A stretch of DNA of 64,000 nt from Eledone cirrhosa (GCA_964016885.1 OZ024743.1:60326001-60390000); one strand, 5' to 3'; positions 41,600 to 55,962 are shown, counted from the stretch's first letter. Numbers and translations are program-made. The notes: a model not told the origin generated them from the letters alone.

Positions 41600-41941
41600 A
41601 TATAAAGAATGAATAATAACAGGTAGACATCATAAAAAGGTAATTTATTCCGTGTGCTTACAAATGTTTCCACGGTGGTACTACAGCCTAGTTATGCTAT
41701 GTGCACATTTACAAGTATTTGCAGAACTCAAATATCCAATGCTATGACCACTGTATCCTCAGAGCAGAATGATTCTGCTCTGAGGATACAGTGGTCATAG
41801 CATTGGATATTTGAGTTCTGCAAATACTTGTAAATGTGCACATAGCATAACTAGGCTGTAGTACCACCGTGGAAACATTTGTAAGCACACGGAATAAATT
41901 ACCTTTTTATGATGTCTACCTGTTATTATTCATTCTTTATA
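41600..41941. repeat. Perfect ~170-bp-arm palindrome (1-nt spacer at 41771) of a pLTR; each arm has a long-stem-II HHR
   Basis: agagcagaat-g-attctgctct centre; tgct-CTGAGGA-tacagtggt...accaccgtg-GAAAC-attt-GTA-agca at 41776-41887. Confidence 0.88.
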
Positions 41942-42319
41942 TATATATATATATTCATATGTATATATTTATATATATATATGTCTGTATTTATATATAT
42001 TTATATATATTTATGTATATATACAGTTCAAGAGTAAACCAATCTTAAAGAGAGAGATGGAGATAGGAGAGGAGAAGAGAGATTCGTGAATTTGTTAGAA
42101 ACCAAAAGCATAAAGGCATGTGCTCAATGTTAAATATGCAGTGGAAGGCAGCTAGATAGCTGGGTTCATGCAGAGATTAGGTGCACAGAGCTGGAAATAT
42201 TCATTAGTTAAGCAAAACAAGACCACAAATTTCACAAGGAATACGTTATTTAAAGAGTGTTACCATAGTTGCAGTTTAATCTAAGGAATAATGAGTGTAA
42301 TTATAGTTTAATGTAAGGA

Positions 42320-42344
42320 ATAATAATAATAATAATAATAATAA

Positions 42345-42375
<31 letters not shown>

Positions 42376-42492
42376 AAGAAGAAGAAGAAGAAGAAGAAGA
42401 AGAAGAAGAAGAAGAAGAAGAAGAAGAAGAAGAAGAAGAAGAAGAAGAAGAAGAAGAAGAAGAAGAAGAAGAAGAAGAAGAAGAAGAAGAAG
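42320..42492. repeat. Compound (TAA)n(GAA)n microsatellite at the 5' flank of the R4/Dong element
   Basis: Directly visible. Confidence 0.97.
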
Positions 42493-42631
42493 ACGCACGA
42501 GGTGACGGAGGTCATGAAATCGCTCCCGTAAGTTTTGAATTTTTAACATATTTAAACCATTTGTGAAATAACAACTCTTAGCACAAATGCTACGTAAAGC
42601 ACCCGGCTTGAGCCCCAAAAAATTCGGACCC

Positions 42632-43910
42632 AAAATATATTGTTATAAGGCTCAAATATTCAAATATTCAACTTTGTATTGTACACTGTATATCCCCCCC
42701 CAAAAAAATGGCTATAAATGGAAGAAGAACCCCTCCCCTCCTCTCCTCTGGCTACACTATATAGGACAGCTAAACTCACCAACACCAGAAACTAGATACA
42801 CCACCCACCCCATCATCTGTGTACACTAAACACAACAGCCAGATAACGACACATTTTCACCTTCACTGCCACCGCTCACTACGGCCATCATTACCACCAC
42901 TATCCCATCACCGCCGCCACCACCCCTTGACTCCGCTACAGCACCATCACTACAGTAATACGGTCACATCACCGCCACCACTGCCTCAATATCGACATCA
43001 CCACCACCACTGTCTCAGTATCGCTAACGCCGCCAGTCTCCCACTTCCCTGCTGGCTGCTACTTCCACATTATAGAATTCCTACTACTAACAAAGAGGAA
43101 GGCATCAAAATATATAGATAGACCCAAAAGAAAAAAGAAAAAACAAACAACAAAACCAAAGCAGCACAGCAACAACAGCAAAAAACGAGAAAAACAAAAA
43201 CAAAAAAAAGAAACCCCAAAAACGTAAAGAAAATATATTGTTATAAGGCTCAAAACGTAAAGAAAATATATTGTTATAAGGCTCAAAACGTAAAGAAAAT
43301 ATATTGTTATAAGGCTCAAATATTCAAATATTCAACTTTGTATTGTACACTGTATATCCAAAAAAAAAATGGCTATAAATGGAAGAAGAACCCCTCCCCT
43401 CCTCTCCTCTGGCTACACTATATAGGACAGCTAAACTCACCAACACCAGAAACTAGATACACCACCCACCCCATCATCTATGTACACTAAACACAACAGC
43501 CAGATAACGAAACATTTTCACCTTCACCACCACCGCTCACTACGGCCATCATTACCACCACTATCCCATCACCGCCGCCACCACCCCTTGACTCCGCTAC
43601 AGCACCATCACTACAGTAATACGGTCACATCACCGCCACCACTGCCTCGGTATCGACATCACCACCACCACTGTCTCAGTATCGCTAACGCCGCCAGTCT
43701 CCCACTTCCCTGCTGGCTGCTACTTCCACATTATAGAATTCCTACTACTAACAAAGAGGAAGGCATCAAAATATATAGATAGACCCAAAAGAAAAAAGAA
43801 AAAACAAACAACAAAACCAAAGCAGCACAGCAACAACAGCAAAAAACGAGAAAAACAAACAGAGAAAAACAAAAACAAAAAAAAGAAACCCCCAAAACGT
43901 AAAGAAAATA
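42632..43910 (+). repeat. ~660-bp tandem duplication with three 33-bp junction repeats (43220-43318)
   Basis: Near-identical 100-aa spurious ORFs at 42819 and 43480; aaaacgtaaagaaaatatattgttataaggctc x3. Confidence 0.93.
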
Positions 43911-44212
43911 AGAATGAAGAGAGAAGCAGGCGGACGGACAGAGAAGAGGGGGGAAAAAGTAAAACTTAAAAAACTAAAACTAAGTCAGACATTCGAACAC
44001 TACATTACAATGAAACTTATGCTTATTCATTTCTGGGGCCTTTTCTGCCTGTGTGTTTGTTTGTTTATGTGTGTTCGTATACAGCGTGGTGATAATGCCA
44101 CACAAGGGCCAAGTGGGATGGCGGATCCACAGATGGCTATGTAAACATACATTCGCCAATCCTCGATAAGAGTGTTTAAATATCGAACATAAACAGTTCG
44201 AATAATGGTGAA

Positions 44213-47200
44213 ATGGAGACTAGAACGTCATGTGACAGACTCTCACCCAACAGGTGCCCCCTGGCTCAGCAGCAGGAACCTGACTGTCAACCAAATACTG
44301 CTGATGTTGGAGGAAGGAGAAGAAGGAAAGGGGCCAGAACCAACTGGACGAAAGAATTGAATAGAACTGTTATGCAATGCTACCTGAAAAGTAACCCCAA
44401 GGAGAGGGGCTACAGGAGACGGATGCATAACATCTGGAACGAGATTGGTTTATTTAAATTAGATGAACAAAAATTGGCCGGGCAGGCTCGGGTAATAAGA
44501 ACTAATGGGTGGATAAGCGAGCTGGAACTGGAGGAACTGAGCAGAGAGAATGGCTTGGAGATGGCGGGTGTAGTATGCCAGACAAGCGAGCCGGTGGGAA
44601 ATGAAGGTGAGGAGGTCCTGAGAACGGAGGAACCACCCGAAGCAGACAATGATCTGAGTACTGAGATAAATAATACCTGGAACAGAGATACGGCCACTGA
44701 GGAGATGAATGCTGACGGGCTAGGACAAGATTCGGTTGACATCCTAAACTCAGTGGTAGATGAATTGAACAATGATAGTGGGAGACCTATGAACCTAAGA
44801 TTTGTAGACAGGAAAAAGTTAAAAGAAACAACAGCTAAGGTAAACAAAGTCATCCCATACCTTGAGGCGAGGAGCCTTCACCAGTGCAACAATATCCTCA
44901 GAGCAACAGCAAATACGGTGAGGAAACTACTTGGTATAAAAGCGAGAGGAAACAACAGACAAGAAAGAGCAGAGCCATGGTGGAAGAAGCGACTGAGTGG
45001 GCAAATCGGGGAAATGAGAAATGACATAGGAAAGCTTGAGTCACTACTGAATGGGACACTAAAAAACATAGGCACTAAAAATAGACTGGAAATAAAATAC
45101 AAAACTAGGAGTAAAAAGCTAAATATTATCATAGAGGAATTGAAGCAACGCATTGTAGCAAAGAGTGCAAAAATCAGGCGATACGAGAACAGAGTCAGTC
45201 AGTATAAACAGAACCGCATGTTCGACAACAACCAGAAGATGCTGTTTGGACAGCTTGAGGGCAAAGAAAGAGGCAACGACTTGATCCCTGGGGCGGAGCA
45301 AACTAAAACATTCTGGAGAGGAATATGGGAGCAGGATGTTAGACACAATGCCCAGGCAGGGTGGATTGAGACAGTACAGAGGGAGATCGGTGAGCAGGCA
45401 CAGCAACAGACTGATTTGAGTATCACAGTTGAAACTCTTAAGGGGCAAGCCAAAAAACTAACCAACTGGAAATCACCAGGCCCAGATGGTGTGCAGGGGT
45501 ATTGGATTAAACATCTAACATCCCTCCACCCGAAGCTGACGGCCATGTTCAATGACTGCTTGGTGTCGGGTGAGGTGCCAGAGTGGTTGACAAAAGGTAC
45601 CACAGTTCTGATAATGAAAGACCGAATCAAGGGTAATGATGCTACCAACTATAGACCTATCACATGTCTGTCCGTAATGTGGAAACTGTTGACGAGCATT
45701 GTGTCTGAGGAAATCTACCATCACCTCCACACAAACAACTTGTTACCGGACGAACAGAAAGGATGCCGAAAGAAGTCACGTGGTACAAAGGACCAGTTGC
45801 TTATTGATAAGATGGTAATGGGGAATTGCAGGAGGAGACACACTGATCTTGCCATGGGATGGATAGACTACAGAAAGGCATTTGACATGGTGCCTCATTC
45901 CTGGATCACCAAAAGCCTGGAGATCTTCAGGGTGGCGGATAACATCAGACAGTTGCTAGACAGGAGTATGGGGTCCTGGGAGACAGAGCTGACATCAACT
46001 GGAGTATCCTTGGGAAGCGTGAAGATCAAGAGAGGTATCTTCCAGGGAGATAGCCTGTCCCCTCTGTTGTTTGTCCTTGCCCTGATGCCCTTGACCATTA
46101 TGCTGCGAAAAGTGAGAGCAGGATACAAGTTGGGAAGGGGAGAGCTTACCATCAATCACCTCCTCTTCATGGACGATCTTAAGCTCTTCGGGAAAAGTGA
46201 GAAGGAGTTGGATGTGCTTGTTGACACTGTCCGTATTTTCAGCAGTGATATATGTATGCAGTTTGGTATTGGTAAATGTGGAGTCATTGTGATGAAGAGG
46301 GGTAGGTTGAGCAGAAGTAACGGGATCCAGATACCAACAGGTGAGATGATAAAGGAAATTGACTCTGAGGAAGGATACAAGTATTTGGGCGTTCTGGAGG
46401 CTGATGGCATAAAGAACAAAAAAATGAAGGAATTGTTAAGAACTGAATAAATTCGGAGAGTAAGGAGCGTATTGAAGTCACATCTGAACAGCAGAAATGC
46501 CATAAGCGCAGTAAATTCCCGAGCTGTGTCTATTATTAGGTACAGTGCGGGAATTCTGAGATGGAATGTTGCTGAACAGAAAGAAATGGATAGGAAGACT
46601 AGGAAGCTATTGACTATCTACAACATGTTCCACAAGAGGAGTGATGTCGATAGACTCTACCTAAGGAGATCTGAGGGTGGAAGAGGTCTTATCAGCATAG
46701 AGGACTGTGTTCAGATGGAGAAAAACAACCTATACAAATACGTGACCTATAGTAAGGAGCCAATGCTCAGAGCTGTACTGAAGGAGGGGACAGTAGGCCA
46801 GGGGATGTCCAGGGAGGAAATAACATCAAGGAGGAAGAGCAGCCTTAAGGGAAAACCCCTTCATAGTACCTTCTTTGAGAAAACTGAATTTAGAGATCCA
46901 CAGACATGGAACTGGTTGAGAAGAGGAGACCTCAAAAAGGCTACAGAAGGAATGCTAATGGCTGCGCAGGAGCAGGCCCTCAAAACGAAGTGGTTGAAGC
47001 ACCATATCTACAAGGAGGAGGCCAGCCCACTGTGCAGGATCTGTGGAGAGAGAGAGGAGACTGTGGCTCACATTGTGTCCGAGTGTAAACACCTAGCCCA
47101 GACCCACTATAAGGGCTGGAGACACGATGTGATGGGCAGGGTGATCCACTGGCACCTGTGCAAAGTAAACAATCTACCACATTCTGAGAAATGGTATGAG

Positions 47201-47605
47201 CATAGGCCAGAGGCGGTGATGGAGAACAATCAGGTGAAGGTGCTGTGGGATTTTAGGATACAGACGGACAAAAAACTGGAACACAATAGACCTGACCTGG
47301 TGGTTGTGGACAAAGAAAAAAGATCGTGCCTGATTGTGGATGTGGCCTGCCCGTTCGACACGAGAGTGCAAGAGAAGGAGAGGGAGAAAATTAACCGATA
47401 CCAGGACCTAAAGTGGGAGGTGAAAAGGATTTGGAACTGTCATGAAGTCAAAGTGATCCCGATTGTCATAGGCGCACTGGGGACTATCTCCAAAAGTTTC
47501 CAGGGATGGTTAAAGAAAATCGGCCCCTTCACGCTTTTTGGAACGCTTCAAAAGGCATGCTTGCTTGGAACAGCAAGAACCCTCCGATACGTCCTGAATA
47601 TCTGA
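44213..47605 (+). pseudogene. R4/Dong RT + zinc knuckle + restriction-like endonuclease, one in-frame TAA at 46448
   Basis: WKSPGPDG, NYRPITCL, EQKG, WIDYRKAFDMVPH, GIFQGDSLSPLLF, HLLFMDDLKL, YKYLG; same frame after the stop: CRIC..ETVAHIVSEC, RHD, RPDLVVVD..IVDVACP..KINRYQDL. Confidence 0.95.
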
Positions 47606-49466
47606 GGCTGCAGGTAGTGGCTTGATATTCAATCCAACGGACTTTCCAGTTAACCAACATCAATGACTGAGATTCAAGGAATAACAATAACAATAATAAT
47701 AATAATAATAATAATGTCAGTTTACAATTGTTTCGCTACTCCATATAATGTTTCTGGATCAAATGATTATAGATCATTATTGATCGGGTTCAGATGAAGA
47801 TAAGTAACTTAGGTAAAATTATGGAGCGGCTCTTCAGAACTTCAAAAGAGATAATGAAAATATTGTTAAAGATACGATGGAATAAGGAATATAAAGTAAG
47901 GTAAAGAAAGATGCTTACATGAATGTAATGTTCCATATATTGGTATTTCACGACGGTTTCCTGTGTGTAGCTATTGTCTGCTATATGTAAGCATTATTCT
48001 TCTGTCGAGGCTGTATTAAGCGAAATCTGCCTACAGCTCGCCTGAAGGTGGAACCCCGCGAGGTGGGGTGGTTATTGCAGTCGGTGTCGCAATTTCAGTT
48101 CATTTAACACCACAAGAAATATTATTTGAGACAACTAAAATAGTGTGCTCCTGAGAACAATAGGATTTGGACATGTCAGGATGCAATGTTTGCTCTCCCC
48201 TCTTTCTGTCCTTTTGTTAAAAGAGTGTATTGTTTGCTCCCCTATTTCAGTCCTAATTGAAGAGAGAAAATCTTAATCCATCACACAGTTTGACACTTAG
48301 AAACTGGTCCTTGGATGATTTACTGGAGTACACACTGTTGCAAACATGTATAGCAGGTCTTATGAGGATACGTTCATCTCCTACACCCACCAGTCCCGGA
48401 GCATATCTTACTAAATTGTGAAAACAATTTTTTTTTTTAAAGAATAAACATGTTTGGATTACATTTTGTGAATCAGAATTCAAATGAGAAGACGCGCTCA
48501 TTAGTTATGGCTTGAGAAATTTATTTTACAACTGTTACCATCATATCAAATGTATTCAATGTTTCGACAATGACTCAAATTACATAGTCTATTCTTACTG
48601 ACCTAATTCAATTTGATAAAGCCTGTCGTCGTCAAATAAATTTAACCAGCACTATAATAATTCCATTGACATTGAAAACCTAAACATTTGAGTCAGGTTT
48701 AACAACAAGCGAATGAATTTGACGACATGCTCTCATGCACGTTCCACTATGACTCTATTCAACACAAAAATCCATTGATACGTAAAGTTCATTTCTCAAT
48801 TAATTACAATTTAATGACAAGAAGAATAAACAGTAACAAATTAAAAAATATCATTTATACAATTTTTTCTGTAAAGAATCGAATTTTCGAAACACAGAGG
48901 AGTTATGAAGTTCATATAAAATGAAGTAAATTCAGACGCAAAGATCATTGCAAATATAGTCGTATGCTATAAATAATAGCTTAGAACATCTTCCAGATAC
49001 CGGCTGTCTGTTCAAACCATTAATTTCAATTCTAACCATCGATTTCAATTAATTTCAATTACGAGAAGTATAAACAGTGAAAAATGTAAAATGATCATTG
49101 ATATAATAGTTCGGATTCATGAAATGTTTATATGTGAACAATATTTAGAATTGAACTCTATTCTTCGTACTGCAGAAAATTCTGACTCCCTCCATTCGGG
49201 GACATTATGCTTTCAGAGGTTAAGTCATGCTCTATATATGTTCTAGCCAGCTTTCCTCTTTTTACTAACTCGGCGTAAAATTTTGGTCATGTTAATATAC
49301 AATGACCCTCATATTCCTCATAAGATATTATGAATGGTAGCTTCTAGATATTACTACAATTTAGACTAAACATAGTACAGAAGAATAAGTATGTCTTTGC
49401 AATTTATTTTTTCTTTATTTTTACCCGTGTGTGTCATTAAAAAAACCTTACTTTCGAATATATATA

Positions 49467-49552
49467 CAGGGTGTCCCCCAAAATTATACACACTTTGATT
49501 ACCTGAACAGGAAAATATGGTGAAGTGTGTATACATTTTCGGGTGACACACC

Positions 49553-49554
<2 letters not shown>
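49467..49554. mobile_element. Tc1/mariner-type mini-MITE
   Basis: TA|CAGGGTGTCCCCCAAAATTATACACACTT ... AAGTGTGTATACATTTTCGGGTGACACACCCT imperfect TIRs. Confidence 0.65.
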
Positions 49555-49615
<61 letters not shown>

Positions 49616-50164
49616 AATATAAATTAGCGAGAATCGTTTTCAGCTCAGGAATTAACGAAAATCAACGTCCGATATGTGTGGCAAGCGCTCGATGAATCAT
49701 ATGAATCAGAGCTACAACATACGTTAAGGGCCAAACACACTGAGATGATGGTTAAACATATCATCCGCACAGCCAAAACAAAACGACCAAGTAATTCGGG
49801 TCAAACAATAAAAATATATGTGTTGATACTTTCCTGGACCCTGGACTGATGGTAAAATCCAGTATTGGTTTCTGCGACTCCAAATCAGGTACTGTCCGCC
49901 TACATAAAGAATGTTGGGCTTCTGGTAAGATGATGAACAAGGCAGTCGTGTTATCAACGGGTTTTGCTCCAAGATGCTATAGATAGTGTGGCTATTACTG
50001 ACCCCTCGTGGGATTCAGCAAGGGAGGTAACACCTCTATTAAGCGAATGATTCAGTTGTGTATTATTGCGAGAATGCAAAATATCACAAATCGAATAAAG
50101 CTCTCGACAGAATGGTTAAATATAACAGAGCTATTCAACAGTCAATATAAGTAACTGAAAAAAT

Positions 50165-50209
<45 letters not shown>

Positions 50210-50259
50210 AAGCTCCAACCGTTAAGGGTGTCTTTTTTTCCGGGTATGTCAATATTTAT

Positions 50260-50850
<591 letters not shown>

Positions 50851-50919
50851 TTTAGGGTTTAAAATATATATAACTATAAAAAGTTTTAGTATATACATAA
50901 CCATAAATAGTATCCTTAA

Positions 50920-50999
<80 letters not shown>

Positions 51000-51001
<2 letters not shown>

Positions 51002-51860
51002 AAAAGGTAAAGAATGACTTCTCTTGTAGTTCTAAACAAATTGATTTAATGTTATAATATTATAATATTGTGAGTTGGTAGATCTAGAAAGTTCTTTAAC
51101 TTCGGTGGGAAGATTTTTAAAGATTTCTGGTTAACTTTCCTGGAGAACTTTCTCGCATTCGTCGACGGCGATTGTCAAACTCAGATCAGGTTGTGTTGTG
51201 TTGTCGAGAGATTTGGATGTGTCTGGTGGGGGTTAATTAGTGTGTGAGTGAAGGAGTGTTGATGAAGATTTAAAGGAATAAATAATACACACACACACAC
51301 GCAGACGCACACGCACTCGCACTCGCACTCGCACACGCACACAGATACACATATATACACAGAAAATGGTGAATGTTAACAGCAAGAAGATAATGGGTTG
51401 AGAGTTGTAAGACCCGCATCTAAATTCATGTTTAAATTGTTGAAGGTATTCTTTATAAATTTAAGAGAGTTGAATCAGCTATAAGAAACGATTTTGAAAA
51501 ACATCTTGTCATTAGATTCATCAAAGATCATTTATTGAAATGGAAACAGCAGGACGGGACTTTTACAGACCCTTTCTTAAACACTCCCACACTCATTAAC
51601 ACCGCACCCCACCCCCGGACACATCCACATCTCTCTTATATAGAGAGTCACATATCACAACACAACCTGGTCTCAGTTTGACAATCGCCATCGCCGAATG
51701 CAAGAAAGTTCTCCAGGAAAGTTAACTAGGAATCTTTAAAAATATTCCCACCGAAGTTGACAAAGAACTTTCTAGATCTACCAACCCATAATATTATAAT
51801 ATTATAACATTTAATCAATTTGTTTAGAACTACAAGTGAAGTCATTCTTTTTCTTTTTTT

Positions 51861-51865
<5 letters not shown>
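51000..51865. repeat. Diverged inverted repeat (~51000-51270 vs ~51575-51865) between (TA)n tracts, probable PLE 3' end with inverted pLTR
   Basis: aagaatgacttctcttgtagttctaaacaaattg.. is complementary to ..caatttgtttagaactacaagtgaagtcattctt. Confidence 0.75.
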
Positions 51866-51908
<43 letters not shown>

Positions 51909-54109
51909 TAAATTTATATAAAATAAAGATAATATGGATAGCATATAAACATATAAACCGTATTAGATAGTGAGTTCCCTTTAAGTGATATAAATGTAGT
52001 AGATGGAACTACGCGTACGCGCAAGTTGACTTCTTTTGGCCGCATGCGTACACTCTGTCCAGAGTGCCATTGGCATAGGTAAGTAGTTTGATAAACAGAT
52101 TCATTAATTTGGGAGAGTGGGGAACTTCGTGAAGATAATTAAGTTTTATTTTATCCAAATTCTTCAACCTGCCCTTACTAGCGTTGGTGATTTATGATTT
52201 GGCATAGATAAAGTACTTTCCCAAAACAACATATATTTTATTTCTGGTAGACTCGTACATGTTGATGAATTCACACCTCTAAAAAGAGCACACATGCAAG
52301 TTGTCACATAGTTAACAGTACATATCCCCATATATACATTTTCATGAAAATGTATACAGTAACCTACATACACCAGGTCGTCTTTGCATGAAATTGTTCT
52401 TCCCGGTCCACATAACGATGTATGATCCTCGCTTTTTTTTCCGTTCACTACCACGAATCAAAATATCGTCTTCCTGTATTCCTTCGGTTGCAACGTTTCT
52501 CGAAATATTTAATTCTGCGTTCACAGATAGAATTTTTTAGTTTCAGAAGATCCCGTTATGGGTGAAAGCAGCGATTCTTTGCTTAAACTTTCTTTCTTTC
52601 CCAACCCCTCTCCCTTTTTTCTCATACCCCCTCTCTCTCTCACTCATGCCCCCCTCTCTCTTCCTCTACAGAATGGAGAACAATAAAAAAACGTGCAGAT
52701 CTCTATTTCTCTCTCTCTCTCTTTTTCTCTCTCTCTCTCTCTCTTTCTATCTCTCTCTCTCTGTCTTTATATATATATATGTGTTTATGTGTGTGGTTGT
52801 GTGTTAACCAGCGTTCGTCGCCATTCCCTCTCTCTGTATATCTGATTATATTGTACCCCTCTCTGTATAACGACCTCTCTCTGTATAACGACCTATCTCA
52901 CTCTCTCTCTCTATATATATATATATATCTCCCTTTCTCTCTTTAGATGTACATTTGTCTGTGTGTATGAAATATTAATATAGAGAGAGAGTTGCAACAT
53001 GTATGTAGTTTCATAGATTTTTTAGGGTAATAGTGAGAAGAATTAAGCGTGTAAGAGAGAGGGTTACAGCATGTATTTAGTTTTATTGATTTTTTTCATA
53101 GAGGCAGGAAATTTTGGCAAAGTTTATTACGCGTTGACCAGCCTTGGTAAATTTGGAGCACATTGGAAAAACATCATCAAAATCGGTAGAGAAATGTGTA
53201 AATGCATAAAAATCCTACACTCACAGACAGACATCTTCCGTTTTATATATAGAGAGATTATATATACAGGTACATGTGTATATGGTTATGTGTATGCGTG
53301 AGTTTTGCGTTTGTGTGTGTATGCGGGTTTGCATGTATGTAGGGTGTGTGTATATGTGTACTTTGTGTTTTGGTTGACATACGTTTAGCGAACATATGTG
53401 TATTTACGTATACATATTTTTTTTATATATATAAATATTTTTTTTAATATGTTTTAAGTGTATTTGGTATATACGTTTTTATGTGTGTGGGTACAGCCGT
53501 TGTGTGGGTTTTTGTATGTGTGCGTGTGGTTTTGTGTACGTGCCTGTATTTGCATACCCATATACATGTGTATGTACGTATATGGATGCATGCATCTACA
53601 CATTTAATTATTGTTGATTTCAATAACCTCTGTAATTTATTTACATTATTCTTAACTCTGAAACCGAGAATCATTCGGTTTCGTAAATAGAATTTTCGTC
53701 AATGACTTCAGTTATACCATAAACGTTGTTTTGCCTTTGTGTGTAATTGTTGTCACGACCCACATAATGACGTATTATCTTCGTTTTTTCCGTTCATTGT
53801 CAGGGAACGTCTCTATGAACCACCTAAGAGAATATTAGTCTCTATGAACCACCTAAGAGAATATTGGTTTTGTCTTGGCGTGTAATTGTTTTCACCGCTC
53901 CAAATAATTACGTGTTTTTTTTTCGTTCTTTGCCAGGAAACGTTTCCACGAACCAAAGTATCGTCTTCCTGTCTTCCTTCGGTTGCAACGTTTTTAGAAA
54001 TATGTACTTCTGCGTTCACAGATTGATTTTTTTAGTTAAGGGTGAAAACAACGATTCTTTGCTTAAACTTCAATCTATTATTTTAATAAATATATATAAA
54101 TATATATGT

Positions 54110-54732
54110 GGAAAAGTAAGAAATCGGAGAATAGACCGTTAAAACATGTTTATTTAAAATATCACCTACGTACGTTTTACCTAGTTGGGCTTCTCAAGGG
54201 CATAAATAATCAAAAGTGTTCCTTACATTGCTCGGAAAGAGTTTTGGGGGTTAAATTCACGTCAAGGTTCATTGCTCGCAAAAATAGCTTGTTTTGATTG
54301 TGCAGCAGGTCAAGGGAGGTAACTCTGGGCGGTGTTAGGGCAGTCTTTCCCGGAAAAATTTGTCCGGGAAAGACTGCCCTAACACCGGCCGGAGTTACCT
54401 CCCTTGACCTGCTGCACAATCAAAACAAGCTATTTTTGCGAGCAATGAACCTTGACGTGAATTTAACCCCCAAAAACTCTTTCCGAGCAATGTAAGGAAC
54501 ACTTTTTGATTATTTATGCCCTTGAGAAGCCCAACTGGGTAAAACGTACGTAGGTGATATTTTAAATAAACATGTTTTAACGGTCTATTCTCCGATTTCT
54601 TACTTTCCGAGCAATGAAAGGAACACTTTTGGTTATTTATGCCCTTGAGAAGCCCAACTGGGTGAAACGTACGTAGGTGATGTTTTAAATAAACATGTTT
54701 TAACGGTCTATTCTCTGATTCTTACTTTTCCA
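54110..54732. repeat. ~245-bp-arm near-perfect palindrome (centre ~54358) followed by a ~125-bp tandem repeat of its right end
   Basis: ggcagtctttcccgga-aaaatttg-tccgggaaagactgcc centre; mirrored ORFs 54210- and 54298+. Confidence 0.92.
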
Positions 54733-54903
54733 AGTGCTTACGCTCTGCTAACTCTCCAGCCCACTAAATATTAACACTTCGAATGTTTAATACTGCCGGC
54801 ACTAGTATCGAGCACCTTTGGCATACGCTACTTGGCAAATAACTATATGTATCACCTATCCTCCCCTTGTTTTCTCTCTCTCGATATGTAAATACTGTAT
54901 TAC

Positions 54904-54967
<64 letters not shown>

Positions 54968-54978
54968 TATATACACAC

Positions 54979-55019
<41 letters not shown>

Positions 55020-55040
55020 CATATATATATACATATATAT

Positions 55041-55111
<71 letters not shown>

Positions 55112-55229
55112 GTATATATGTGTATATATATATATATATACGTAAACATATATATAAATACATACATATATATATATATATGTATATACATATATATATA
55201 TACATATATATATATACATATACTTATAT

Positions 55230-55321
<92 letters not shown>

Positions 55322-55327
<6 letters not shown>

Positions 55328-55460
55328 ATAATAATAAAATTGAAGACTAAAATCCAAAGAGGGCTCGATAAGGAACCCGTTAAGGGTGAAAGCAGCGATT
55401 CTTTGCTTAAACTTTAATCTGTTATTTTAATAAATATATATATATATATATATATCTATA

Positions 55461-55547
<87 letters not shown>

Positions 55548-55680
55548 TTATTTATTAAAATAACAGATTAGAATAACAGATTAAAGATTCGGTTCTTATA
55601 TATTTGATATATATTTTCCTTATCGAGCCCTCTTTGGATTTTAGTCTTTAATTTTATTATTATTACTATTATTACTATAT
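55322..55680. repeat. Family G repeat, inverted pair; related pieces at ~14893-14978, 52523-52590 and 54018-54090
   Basis: Shared agggtgaaagcagcgattctttgcttaaacttt motif; ctaaaatccaaagagggctcgataagga occurs on both strands. Confidence 0.75.
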
Positions 55681-55685
55681 ATATG

Positions 55686-55781
<96 letters not shown>

Positions 55782-55795
55782 TAGATATATATATG

Positions 55796-55962
<167 letters not shown>

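Larger units (their letters stand above)
42493..47715 (+). mobile_element. R4/Dong-clade RLE non-LTR retrotransposon ending in (TAA)n; 5' boundary approximate
   Basis: Single long RT-RLE frame, short 3' UTR running into aataac/aat repeats, TAA repeats upstream. Confidence 0.9.

Noticed and set aside
43220-43318. 33-bp direct repeats resembling a CRISPR array
   Set aside because: No spacers, eukaryotic context, no cas genes.
42819-43782. Twin His/Pro-rich 100-aa ORFs
   Set aside because: Product of CAC/CAT-rich low-complexity sequence within a tandem duplication; the first starts at GTG; no domain features.
48250-48420. Possible minus-strand host exon (ag|..KICSGTGGCRR* or RYAPGLVGVG..)
   Set aside because: Weak polypyrimidine tract, no recognisable protein and no partner exons.
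49720-50160. Possible minus-strand exon bounded by ttttttcag and gtatgt
   Set aside because: Stops in every frame I translated; no recognisable product; could be non-coding or an old TE.
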